Positions 25,593 to 38,560 of a stretch of DNA of 64,000 nt are shown here, one piece after another; the stretch's first letter is position 1, and each line of letters starts with the position of its first letter. The stretch covers positions 82,522,001-82,586,000 of the forward strand of contig OZ024740.1 of the NCBI GenBank assembly GCA_964016885.1. Reading direction: 5' to 3'. The position numbers and the translations under genes are program-made. This stretch comes from Eledone cirrhosa. Taxonomy: Eukaryota. The notes under the pieces were generated by a model. The model was not told where the DNA came from. It was given only the letters and a program-made list of their open reading frames with translations, and ran no database searches.

Positions 25593-25657
25593 TATATATA
25601 TATATATAGAAAGGATGAATATAAAATGAAAGTGCTTTTGTTAAAAAAGGAATTTAT

Positions 25658-25775
25658 TAGGTATTGACATATGTTTCTGTAACAGACCGAATACCTATGT
25701 ATCGCTGCTTGCGTAATCATATAATGTTAGCAAGTATTCGATAGCAAATGTATAATCAGTTGTCACTTCTTCAGA
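25658..25775 (-). ncRNA. Atypical hammerhead (copy in inverted arm)
   Basis: Reverse complement of 28513-28630. Confidence 0.7.
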
Positions 25776-26247
25776 GATTTTGGATAAACTGGATAAAATC
25801 AGAAAAATTGAAGTATTTATATTAGTAAGAGAGGAAGGAACAGAGGGGATAGAATATGACAGATGGTAAAATAATTTACTGCTAAACAAGTATATAATGG
25901 GTTTTTAATGAGAATACCATGAGTAAATCTAAATAAGAATTTTGGGGGTGCCGATTTTAATCTCTACTTGACCAACTGGACAGTGGACAGGGCTGGTCAT
26001 TTGGTGCAGTAGTATTAATCATAAAGTGTCAATTGGGGAAGGGGGAGATTTCGATTGCTACTAAATAACATCAATGCTAGTAGTCAGCTGGTATTTGCAC
26101 TAGGGAATTGAATCAAAAAATCAGAAATCTCATTTTATCTATAGCAGTTTGTATTAAAAGGTAAATAATAGAAGAGTTGATAGAATTAAGACTAATAAAG
26201 AATGTTCATATCTATTTTGACAATCAAACGGGGATAGAGACAGGCGT

Positions 26248-28174
26248 TCAATCCTGGTAGTATTTATAATATGAAAATGTAGATTTTAAGCGATGGTTAC
26301 AGTATAACGATCGCTCTATTCTGTTATTTAATAAAATGTTTTTGGATTTCATAATACAAAATAATTCTACATTACATAATCTACAAAATTCCTGTCCATT
26401 GGAATATGGGGGGGGGGCAGTCGCTATTATATCCCATTTTAGGTGAAATTGTTGGTTATTTTCACGCAGCTGCCAAGCCTTGTCTGCGAGTGTTGTTACA
26501 TAACGCTGGTTTTCATGTTTTATCGAATAACGATGTCTATAAAGGCGTGATTTAAAGGAGGTGGCTGTAGATCCCACATAGTACCACTTCTGTCTATCCG
26601 ATTCGATAGTACATTTGTATACGATGTTGCGTTCAAGACACTGATTGTTCAACGGACACATTCCTGGTTGGACACAGTTGCAATTACAATTTTGCGTTGT
26701 TGTATTGCCATGGATGGGTTGATGAGGTTGCTTATGTAGGACAGGATGTTGTTTGTTGTTTTGTGATGTTATAGCTAATGTTTTACGTGTATTGTTATGT
26801 GTTGGAAGGCGTTTATACAACCGTTTTGCGTTAAGCATTTTTATATGTTGTTCAATATTAGGGGCGGTTGAATATGAAAGTCGGATGGTGTTAGGGTTTA
26901 AGATTTTATTATATTTATGTGATGTTGGAAAGTGTTTTCTAACTAATCGAAAGAATTTTGAGGGTAGATTGGTTTTAATAGATTTGTTATAGACCGGGTT
27001 GTACCAGATATACTCCTTACATCGCCTTCTGTTTGGTGGTGTGCGACTATTATTGTGTCTATTGCGGTAGTGTATGTATGGTGGTGATTCTGTGCTATTT
27101 CTACTCCTATGTGATTTATTTTGGGTGTTTTGGTGATCATTGACTATATACTCTATATTATCTAGGTGACCGGCTTTCCTAAGTGCATCATCATAATACT
27201 CGGCATGTTCTTTGAAGGTTTGTTGGTTGGACGATAGGCGGGAGATTCTAAGAGAAACATTTCTAGGGATGGATTTAATTATAGAGAGTGGATGGTTAGA
27301 ACTCGTATTTACATATTTAAGGTTCTCATTTAGTTTATGGAACGGTTTAATCGTATCTGTATTGAGATTGAAAGTAACATCAAGGAAATTGACCTCTTTG
27401 AGGTTATATTCAAATGTAATATTTAATCCTAGTTCTTTAAAAAGTTTTCTGATATTTTTACGCATCCTTTCTAAATTCTGGTTATTCATATTCTTAACTA
27501 ATAGGAGCGCATCGTCACGGTAAATTCCACCGTGGAGATCCTTGAATTTTCCTTGTAATCTGTGGGTGATATAAATTCCCACAAGATCTGTTACCTCCGC
27601 CGAATCATTAGAACCCATAGTGATATCAAAATTAGAAGGTCTATCTTTGCGAACCCAGTAGCTATCATCGAATTTAACTATAGTTTTTCTCGCTTCCATA
27701 ATAATTTTAATTTCAGCATCCGTAAGGTCGGAATTATCCTTAGCGAACGAAAGAGCTTCATGTAGAGTATCAGGTGAAATTGAGGAATAATATTCATCAA
27801 TATCAAACTGAATAAATTTTGATTTTTTCTTATCAGTAATGTTGTTGAACCATCTTATTGCTTCATGAGTGTTACCCCATAGTTTAATCTCTACTTTAAC
27901 CTTAACTTGGGGGATAATTCTGTCTAGTATATATTTGCTAATTTTACCTATATCAGATTTAGAGGGGCATATAAGTCTAATATTAGGGTTAGTATCGAAG
28001 TTTACCTTGTGGTCCTTCAGGTTGAAGGATGGTATAGCTGGTGTTAAGGGTTGCGTTTTATCGTCAATACAAAGTTTTTTAACAATATCACATGCCGAGT
28101 TATTGATGTTTTTAAGTGTGGCTTCATTAGTTTTCCTGTATTTTTTATGCAATTCCTTACGGATGAAGTTATTG
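26248..28174 (-). pseudogene. 5'-truncated inverted copy of the PLE ORF (frame open)
   Basis: Same protein as residues ~133-773 of 28837-31158, two visible substitutions. Confidence 0.92.
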
Positions 28175-28512
28175 ATTCAATTCCCTAGTGCAAATACCAG
28201 CTGACTACTAGCATTGATGTTATTTAGTAGCAATCGAAATCTCCCCCTTCCCCAATTGACACTTTATGATTAATACTACTGCACCAAATGACCAGCCCTG
28301 TCCACTGTCCAGTTGGTCAAGTAGAGATTAAAATCGGCACCCCCAAAATTCTTATTTAGATTTACTCATGGTATTCTCATTAAAAACCCATTATATACTT
28401 GTTTAGCAGTAAATTATTTTACCATCTGTCATATTCTATCCCCTCTGTTCCTTCCTCTTTTACTAATATAAATACTTCAATTTTTCTGATTTTATCCAGT
28501 TTATCCAAAATC

Positions 28513-28630
28513 TCTGAAGAAGTGACAACTGATTATACATTTGCTATCGAATACTTGCTAACATTATATGATTACGCAAGCAGCGATACATAGGTATTCG
28601 GTCTGTTACAGAAACATATGTCAATACCTA
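28513..28630 (+). ncRNA. Atypical hammerhead: perfect core, long stem II, no canonical stem I
   Basis: CTGAAGA-(A)GTGACA ACTGA..TTGCT..CTTGC..GCAAG..AGCGA..TCGGT C TGTTAC(A)-GAAA-CATATG-TC-AATACCTA. Confidence 0.72.
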
Positions 28631-28836
28631 ATAAATTCCTTTTTTAACAAAAGCACTTTCATTTTATATTCATCCTTTCTACATTTCTCCGGAATATAAT
28701 TTATACTCGTTGAGCAAACCTGCACGTACGCTGTTCATCTCTAACGTAACGATATATTATCACTACATTATTGATAACCTGAAATTTTATTAATCTCCTA
28801 TACAGTTGAGCAACTAATTCAGCATACGCTTCTAAA

Positions 28837-31158
28837 ATGGAAAGGCACCAATTGGATATGTCGTTAAAAAACATACCTATTCAGGCAAAAAGGGAATATA
28901 TTCTAGGTATGATACGAAGGACCAATGATTTTATTCGACGAATCAGATGGAAAACATTCCATTTTGACAAAAGACGTATAAACCAAACATCGGATCTTAA
29001 CAAGGATAAATTTGGATTTAAACCTTACAAGAACCCACCCTCAAACCCACTTTTGGATGCATTTGAGCAAGACCTAATGGATATGATCATGGAGATCAAA
29101 TTTACAAAACGTAAGAACAATAAACTACAGAATGACATCACGGCACTGCTCAATAATCTAAAAAACGCCAATGGAGTTATTGTTAGAGCAGACAAAACAT
29201 CAAACGTATATACCATGGATGTGGACACTTACAATAACTTCATCCGTAAGGAATTGCATAAAAAATACAGGAAAACTAATGAAGCCACACTTAAAAACAT
29301 CAACAACTCGGCATGTGATATTGTTAAAAAACTTTGTATTGACGATAGAACGCAACCCTTAACACCAGCTATACCATCCTTCAACCTGAAGGACCACAAG
29401 GTAAACTTCGATACTAACCCTAATATTAGACTTATATGCCCCTCTAAATCTGATATAGGTAAAATTAGCAAATATATACTAGACAGAATTATCCCCCAAG
29501 TTAAGGTTAAAGTAGAGATTAAACTATGGGGTAACACTCATGAAGCAATAAGATGGTTCAACAACATTACTGATAAGAAAAAATCAAAATTTATTCAGTT
29601 TGATATTGATGAATATTATTCCTCAATTTCACCTGATACGCTACATGAAGCTCTTTCGTTCGCTAAGGATAATTCCGACCTTACGGATGCTGAAATTAAA
29701 ATTATTATGGAAGCGAGAAAAACTATAGTTAAATTCGATGATAGCTACTGGGTTCGCAAAGATAGACCTTCTAATTTTGATATCACTATGGGTTCTAATG
29801 ATTCGGCGGAGGTAACAGATCTTGTGGGAATTTATATTACCCACAGATTACAAGGAAAATTCAAGGATCTCCACGGTGGAATTTACCGTGACGATGCGCT
29901 CCTATTAGTTAAGAATATGAATAACCAGAATTTAGAAAGGATGCGTAAAAATATCAGAAAACTTTTTAAAGAACTAGGATTAAATATTACATTTGAATAT
30001 AACCTCAAAGAGGTCAATTTCCTTGATGTTACTTTCAATCTCAATACAGATACGATTAAACCGTTCCATAAACTAAATGAGAACCTTAAATATGTAAATA
30101 CGAGTTCTAACCATCCACTCTCTATAATTAAATCCATCCCTAGAAATGTTTCTCTTAGAATCTCCCGCCTATCGTCCAACCAACAAACCTTCAAAGACCA
30201 TGCCGAGTATTATGATGATGCACTTAGGAAAGCCGGTCACCTAGATAATATAGAGTATATAGTCAATGATCACCAAAACACCCAAAATAAATCACATAGG
30301 AGTAGAAATAGCACAGAATCACCACCATACATACACTACCGCAATAGACACAATAATAGTCGCACACCACCAAACAGAAGGCGATGTAAGGAGTATATCT
30401 GGTACAACCCGGTCTATAACAAATCTATTAAAACCAATCTACCCTCAAAATTCTTTCGATTAGTTAGAAAACACTTTCCAACATCACATAAATATAATAA
30501 AATCTTAAACCCTAACACCATCCGACTTTCATATTCAACCGCCCCTAATATTGAACAACATATAAAAATGCTTAACGCAAAACGGTTGTATAAACGCCTT
30601 CCAACACATAACAATACACGTAAAACATTAGCTATAACATCACAAAACAACAAACAACATCCTGTCCTACATAAGCAACCTCATCAACCCATCCATGGCA
30701 ATACAACAACGCAAAATTGTAATTGCAACTGTGTCCAACCAGGAATGTGTCCGTTGAACAATCAGTGTCTTGAACGCAACATCGTATACAAATGTACTAT
30801 CGAATCGGATAGACAGAAGTGGTACTATGTGGGATCTACAGCCACCTCCTTTAAATCACGCCTTTATAGACATCGTTATTCGATAAAACATGAAAACCAG
30901 CGTTATGTAACAACACTCGCAGACAAGGCTTGGCAGCTGCGTGAAAATAACCAACAATTTCACCTAAAATGGGATATAATAGCGACTGCCCCCCCCCCAT
31001 ATTCCAATGGACAGGAATTTTGTAGATTATGTAATGTAGAATTATTTTGTATTATGAAATCCAAAAACATTTTATTAAATAACAGAATAGAGCGATCGTT
31101 ATACTGTAACCATCGCTTAAAATCTACATTTTCATATTATAAATACTACCAGGATTGA
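28837..31158 (+). CDS. Penelope-like element polyprotein: reverse transcriptase + GIY-YIG endonuclease (intact, 773 aa)
   Basis: ADKT, KDHK, RLI, QFDIDEYYSSI, MGSNDSAE, IYRDDAL, FLDV, CNCVQPGMCPLNNQC (CxCx5Cx5C), IVYKC..YYVGS..R..H, CRLC..E, LLNNR. Confidence 0.95.
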   Translation: MERHQLDMSLKNIPIQAKREYILGMIRRTNDFIRRIRWKTFHFDKRRINQTSDLNKDKFGFKPYKNPPSNPLLDAFEQDLMDMIMEIKFTKRKNNKLQNDITALLNNLKNANGVIVRADKTSNVYTMDVDTYNNFIRKELHKKYRKTNEATLKNINNSACDIVKKLCIDDRTQPLTPAIPSFNLKDHKVNFDTNPNIRLICPSKSDIGKISKYILDRIIPQVKVKVEIKLWGNTHEAIRWFNNITDKKKSKFIQFDIDEYYSSISPDTLHEALSFAKDNSDLTDAEIKIIMEARKTIVKFDDSYWVRKDRPSNFDITMGSNDSAEVTDLVGIYITHRLQGKFKDLHGGIYRDDALLLVKNMNNQNLERMRKNIRKLFKELGLNITFEYNLKEVNFLDVTFNLNTDTIKPFHKLNENLKYVNTSSNHPLSIIKSIPRNVSLRISRLSSNQQTFKDHAEYYDDALRKAGHLDNIEYIVNDHQNTQNKSHRSRNSTESPPYIHYRNRHNNSRTPPNRRRCKEYIWYNPVYNKSIKTNLPSKFFRLVRKHFPTSHKYNKILNPNTIRLSYSTAPNIEQHIKMLNAKRLYKRLPTHNNTRKTLAITSQNNKQHPVLHKQPHQPIHGNTTTQNCNCNCVQPGMCPLNNQCLERNIVYKCTIESDRQKWYYVGSTATSFKSRLYRHRYSIKHENQRYVTTLADKAWQLRENNQQFHLKWDIIATAPPPYSNGQEFCRLCNVELFCIMKSKNILLNNRIERSLYCNHRLKSTFSYYKYYQD

Positions 31159-31630
31159 ACGCCTGTCTCTATCCCCGTTTGATTGTCAAAATAGATATGA
31201 ACATTCTTTATTAGTCTTAATTCTATCAACTCTTCTATTATTTACCTTTTAATACAAACTGCTATAGATAAAATGAGATTTCTGATTTTTTGATTCAATT
31301 CCCTAGTGCAAATACCAGCTGACTACTAGCATTGATGTTATTTAGTAGCAATCGAAATCTCCCCCTTCCCCAATTGACACTTTATGATTAATACTACTGC
31401 ACCAAATGACCAGCCCTGTCCACTGTCCAGTTGGTCAAGTAGAGATTAAAATCGGCACCCCCAAAATTCTTATTTAGATTTAATCATGGTATTCTCATTA
31501 AAAACCCATTATATACTTGTTTAGCAGTAAATTATTTTACCATCTGTCATATTCTATCCCCTCTGTTCCTTCCTCTTTTACTAATATAAATACTTCAATT
31601 TTTCTGATTTTATCCAGTTTATCCAAAATC

Positions 31631-31748
31631 TCTGAAGAAGTGACAACTGATTATACATTTGCTATCGAATACTTGCTAACATTATATGATTACGCAAGCA
31701 GCGATACATAGGTATTCGGTCTGTTACAGAAACATATGTCAATACCTA
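31631..31748 (+). ncRNA. Atypical hammerhead (3' pLTR copy)
   Basis: Identical to 28513-28630. Confidence 0.72.
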
Positions 31749-31900
31749 ATAAATTCCTTTTTTAACAAAAGCACTTTCATTTTATATTCATCCTTTCTAC
31801 ATTTCTCCGGAATATAATTTATACTCGTTGAGCAAACCTGCACGTACGCTGTTCATCTCTAACGTAACGATATATTATCACTACATTATTGATAACCTGA

Positions 31901-32362
<462 letters not shown>

Positions 32363-34432
32363 AGAACACAATTTCAAACCTAAATTCCTTAAAAAATGTT
32401 TCAGTCCACTCTGACAAAACCAATAATTTATATGGTATTTCCAAGGATAATTATAACAACCTTATCCTAAAGGAACTTAGGAAAAAATATCGTAAAACCA
32501 ACCATGATAATTTAGAATCCATAAACTTTGAAGCCATTGAGATTATGTCAAAACTTGGCATCGGAAAAAAAGACGAACCATTCCTCCCAAGAACTCCGAG
32601 GATAAATCTCAAGGATCACAAAAACAATTTTCGCACTGAACTACCTGTTAGATTAATCGCCCCCTCTAAATTAGATCTGCGGGTTGTTAGTAAAGCCATC
32701 TTGGATAGAATTCTCCCACAGGTTCGTTCTAATTGCTGTTCTTTGAACTAAAATTTATGGTTTGGTACTTCTGAAGTGATTGACTGGTTCAACAACTTGA
32801 ATAATAAAAACAAACTAAAATTTGTTCAATTTGATATTGCCAGCTACTATTCTTCTATTTCGCCTTCACTTCTCAACAATGTTCTATCTTTCGCATTTAA
32901 ATATTCTGACATCACCACAGATGAACTTCACATCATTCTCACCGCACGTAAAACCATCCTTGAGTTCAACAATGAATATTGGACCAGAGTTGATACCTCT
33001 AACAACTTCGGCATCACAATGGGAGCATCCGATTCATCCCAATTGACAGATTTAATCGGTATCTTTATTTTGAACTCTTTGAGTTGGAAAACTCCTCAAC
33101 TTCGCGGTGGAATTTATCGTGACGATGGACTGTCTACTATCTTAAATTGCAACATAGTTAACCTTAATATTATTAAGAACAATATACTTAATCTCTTTAA
33201 CCAACATAACCTGAAAATTGAATTTGACACTGGCCTATATTACCCTTACTATAAAAACAATGAGAACTTAAATTATGTTAATTTTAAATCTAACCACCCT
33301 ACTAATATTAAGAATGCTATAGTTAGTAATATTGGAAAAAGAATATCTAACCTATCATCTAATAAAATCATCTTCGATGCTAACGCCAATTACTATAACG
33401 TGCTTTCTAAAGCCGGCTATCCTGATAAAATCTAATATAATAAAGAAACAAATTCTAGAAAATCTTACAGTAGAATAATTAATTATGATCATTCCAATAA
33501 CTTTAATAAAAGACCTAGATACAAAAACATAATCTGGTATAATGCTCCTCTATTAATAATAATATTCCTAAATTATTCTTTAGTGCCTTAAATAAATGCT
33601 TCCCTCCCTCACATATCTGTAGTAAAATATTTAACAAACACACTATAACATTTTCCTATTCAACATCCTCCAACATTTCCAACATTATCTCTAAACACAA
33701 CAATAAAATACTAAATACTAAATACTAAATCTCTTCCTTCCAACACTGAATATCATAATAATAGTAATAGTACTCCCGACGTCATTGTAAACCCTAGGCT
33801 AATTTCTGCAAACCCAAGTACAACATCAAACACAACTTCGCTAAATGTTCTTAATCCCTTTCTAAATCAAGAAACTATTATTCCTATCGCAAATAACTTC
33901 TCCAATCCAATTCCTTCTATAGATAACACTAGGTCACTCGTTAATAATCTCTCTAATCGCAATTGCAATTGCCCTGCTAAAAATAAATGTCCTCTCAACA
34001 ACCATTGTCCTGATAAAAACTTAATTTACGAATGTAAAGTTATAACTGACACCAATTCCTTCACCTATTTTGGCTCCACTTCCACCTCCTTTAAAGCTCG
34101 TCTTTATAATCATCATTCGTCTTTTAAATATAAACTTAAAAGAACCAACACGGCTCTCTCAGAACTCATATGGTCCTTGAAAGACAAAAATATTAAATAT
34201 AACATGTCTTGGAAAAAGGTTTCCTCTGCAGCTACATACTTGAACAGTTCTCTATCCAAGACTTGCAATCTCTGTTTGAATGAAAAATTTACCATTATAT
34301 CTAATTTAGATTCTATAATAAATAGACGCACTGACTTGTTTTCTATCTGCTTGCATAAATTCTACAGAACTTTCTATAAAGTATACAGCTAATATCCTAA
34401 ACTTTATCAATTCAGAATCCTTTTTTCAAAGG

Positions 34433-34531
<99 letters not shown>

Positions 34532-34889
34532 TTCTTTAAAAAATATACCCATCTTTCTAACTTATTTCAAAGTTATTTATCATATTCTATATCATTCCTA
34601 TTCATCACTTCCCTTTCTTCCTTTTCCTTTTCTTTTCTTTTTCTTTTAATTTCTAACCCCTAATCTGTACCTTTTCTTACTGTGCCTAACATAGAAACAA
34701 TTATTACACAATACACTATATTCTTACTTTATATCACCTTGAAAAAATAAAAAAATATTCGTAAACATAAACATTTTTTTGGACGTCAGATTATTCATCC
34801 TCTATTCATTATTTTTTTCTCACTTTCATCTAACTTATTCATGCTCATCTCACAATATATCCTTACTTACATTACTTCTGTTTTTTTAA

Positions 34890-35060
34890 TAATACATATC
34901 AATATTTTCTTTCCATCGCACATATTATTAAACCCTTAAAATTATTCTTAATATATATTAACATTTCCTTTCCATCGCACATATCATTAAACCCTTAAAT
35001 ATTATTCTTAATACATATTAACAATTTCTTTTAATCGCACATACTATTAAACCCTTCAAT
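34890..35060 (+). repeat. Three ~60-bp tandem repeats in the PLE 3' UTR
   Basis: TAATACATAT..ATCGCACATA..ATTAAACCCTT repeated three times. Confidence 0.85.
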
Positions 35061-35409
35061 ATACAAACCTTAACTTTACATTATTTTTCTCTTCGTTAAT
35101 TTTCAAATTCTTTTAATTTATTCATTATCTTCCAACGGTTTTTCAACCTCTCTATGTAAAACAATATATTTTTCTCAGTTATAAAAGCTATCTCTCTCTC
35201 TCTATCAGCCATCTCTCCTCCTATCTCATCCTTCCTCATTATACTACTCTCCCTCCACTTTTTACTCTCATCTCCTCCTCTTTGTCATCCCCCCCCCTCA
35301 AACAAAATATGTTTCCCCAATATCACACATCAATCTAAAACTACTTTTCATATGTTGATTTCAAACTGCACTATCCACAAGTGTTTTTAACCTTCATATC
35401 ATGTCCTCC

Positions 35410-35480
35410 TATTTTATCTGATGAAAACACAAATGTTATTGCATGATGATATTTGTTTTTGAAATGCGCATAATAAAATA
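35410..35480 (+). ncRNA. Type I hammerhead ribozyme
   Basis: TATTTTAT-CTGATGA-AAACACAAATGTTATT..GATGATATTTGTTTTT-GAAA-TGCGCA-TA-ATAAAATA; perfect 8-bp stem I. Confidence 0.88.
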
Positions 35481-35512
35481 CATGGAACTCATTTAACCAT
35501 CTTTTGATCTTA

Positions 35513-35586
<74 letters not shown>

Positions 35587-35603
35587 CTATATATATATAT
35601 ATA

Positions 35604-35648
<45 letters not shown>

Positions 35649-35667
35649 CTATATATATATATATATA

Positions 35668-35730
<63 letters not shown>

Positions 35731-35895
35731 GCATATATACATATAGAATATAAACCGAAATATCAGTGATGCATCTGGACTCAGTTTATTGTGTGTTACA
35801 ATTGTTTCGCCGGCAGATAGCTCGAGACACGATCATCGTAGGGATCTGTCTGATTCTAGATCTGCAGGTTCTTTGGATACAGGCAATACTTTCGG

Positions 35896-35973
<78 letters not shown>

Positions 35974-38296
35974 CGTGAGTGTGTGTGAGTGAGTGCGTAT
36001 GGGTGTGTGTGTGTATTGATATTTATGAAAAAATGAGAAGATTCATCTTACTTTTGTGAAGGTTTTTATATAATGGTGTGTATAATCTTCCAAAAATAAA
36101 AAAAATGCAAATTGTTACGTGTTGACGTGCACCTACACCTTCATACATAGTGTGCCAAAATGCTTCCGTTACACCAACGTATGCGACCCATTGTTTGCGG
36201 AGAAGATTATACGTACATTTTCCATATGGATGTTTCTTTATCATCTGGTTAACATAAGACGATATTCCTTGCCTTTATCTCCGGTTTCTCAAATTTCTTA
36301 TTCCCTATTTGCTTCTCATTTTCTTCCGCATTACGTAACGCACCATGTAGCTACATTGCTGTCCCTTTCAGCAATTTACCCTAAAAAGGGAATAACAATC
36401 ACATCTCGTTCTTATGAATGTGCGCTAGCTCATGAAACCTTTAGTTGCAAACATATTATTATGTGTAGGAACTATAATAAATTAATATAAACAATGTTTA
36501 TTTGAGAATATGGAAAGCGTGGGCATACACACACACAGATACGTATAATATATATATATATATAAACATTGCTTATGAGATATAATATGCACGATCACAT
36601 TTATAGATGTGTGTCATTTGGAAGTAATCCTGAATTACGTGTTTTTCTATAATGTTTCCTTATAATGTTTCTGAGGAAAATGTTTTAATGTCACGTAACG
36701 CAGGTGCTGATTTTATTTATATAATATATGTTTCATTCTTGTGCCGTCTACATTAATGTGTACTTTAGAATATTTTTTTCTTTATTAAAAGGAATGTTAT
36801 ATTTGTATTCCTACATATTGATACATTCATATTTAGAATTCCTCTAGAATGTTATGCAGCACCTGTTTCGGATTTACGTTAATTTTCTATAATTTCTAGT
36901 GTTACACTATTCATTTCCATCTTTGCTCTACTTATGCCCATACACTTTACCCGAACACATTTAACATCATACACCCTCTTTCGCTTTTCTTGCTTTTGCA
37001 GTGCTTTATATGAACTCTGGTCAACCTGCGCATACACGAAGCCTATGTGGGAAGTCTTTTCCATAATACTTTCATAAAAACTGCCCAAACTGAGAATATG
37101 AGATACTTTATTAACTTTATGGTAGTCATTTGTATGTGATAGGGACTGTGAAATATTGTTATAAATTGTTGAAAACTCGAAATGGACTCCACACTGGCTC
37201 GTAAATGCTATACTAATTTATATATTAATATGATGTTTCACTCTCATTGCAAACAAACATAAATCAGCTTAAAAAGTCCCTGATCCATTCTCCAATGGGT
37301 CTCTGTTTATAAAAATAATATATAAATTGTGGAAGCCTCTGCCTGAATGCTTGAACTGCAATCATATAGCAGAATATATTGCATTCTCTTTGCTGAAATG
37401 TTTTATCGTTTGTTATAGACGTCTGGTAGATGAATTCCTTCGCGATTTCATAAATGTTCCGTCATCTGTTTCATAACGTGAGCAATGGTTCATCTGTCAT
37501 TGCTACATATGAAGGGTTTTATTCTAGTCAGAAGGTACGAGATGCGAAGCAGCTACATTTTCAAAGGTTGAGGCACGATGTAGCAGATGTCGTTCGGTCA
37601 CGAATTATATTTTCCATGTACCCTTGTTCCGTATCTTTTTCTTACTTCATTTAGTTTTTGAACAAACACTTAAATTAACATTTCTATGTTTTGTCAACTT
37701 CCCTCTATTGCTACAGGGGAGTTCGTATGTATTCGAATCTTCTCATATAATATAATATGTCTGTCCATGTGGGAGCACTGACATGTTCTGATATTCTCAC
37801 AACAAAACGATTGTTGCATGATGACGATCAAATGTATTACAGCCTGGAATACTTGAATGACTGATTAAATTTGTGTTGTTGGAAGTCAGACTAATGTATA
37901 GACAGATATCTGAAATATGATTAATTTCTTAATCACTTATGGCGATCTTTGTTCACTTAACTCTTGAAATCCACGTTGGATTTCTTGCAAAATATGATTG
38001 AAAACACATGATTAAAGCTTCAGCGCATTTAGGTTTAATTATAAATAATGCGACTACATAGAGAGGTACAGCATTTTACAAGCAAACATTTAAGTCTTTA
38101 TACAAAATTCTCCTGTCTAGTGTTTTGAATGTGTTTTCAAAGTAATTTTGAAATCGATTATGTTTCTACGAAATACATGTGCATATAGGAATTGTTTATT
38201 TACTAGAGAGATTCTGTGTATATCACGGAGCGAGTCTACCTGAAACGGAAAAAGACGTTTTGTATATAGAGCTATACATGTGCGCTTGCGGATACC

Positions 38297-38327
<31 letters not shown>

Positions 38328-38337
38328 GTGTGTGTGT

Positions 38338-38416
<79 letters not shown>

Positions 38417-38439
38417 TGTGGGTGTGTCTGTTTAACAAT

Positions 38440-38560
38440 CTGAGTTCAAATCCCGCTGAGGTTGACTTTGCCTTTCATCCTTACGGGGTCGATGAAATAA
38501 AGTACCAGTAATGCACTGGGTAATTGCTGGCCTTGTGCCAAAAAGTAGAAACAATTATAT
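38440..38560 (+). mobile_element. SINE family A, 5'-truncated
   Basis: GAGTTCAAATCCCGCTGAGGTTGACTTTGCCTTTCATCC...GTAGAAACAATTAT. Confidence 0.85.

Larger units (their letters stand above)
25607..31908. mobile_element. Young Hydra-clade-type PLE: full-length + strand copy with direct pLTRs (28172-28790, 31290-31908) joined to a 5'-truncated inverted copy (25607-28174)
   Basis: Arms almost identical; unit period 3118 bp; both outer ends in (TA)n; TTG microhomology at the inversion junction. Confidence 0.95.

Noticed and set aside
28399-28593. 64-aa ORF repeated three times
   Set aside because: Lies in the pLTR over the ribozyme, starts at TTG and has no motif; recurrence reflects the repeat
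28837-31158. Telomerase or group II intron maturase
   Set aside because: C-terminal GIY-YIG, pLTRs and multiple dispersed relatives identify a PLE
34890-35060. CRISPR-like array (also considered for 60338-60910)
   Set aside because: No unique spacers, eukaryotic context and no cas genes
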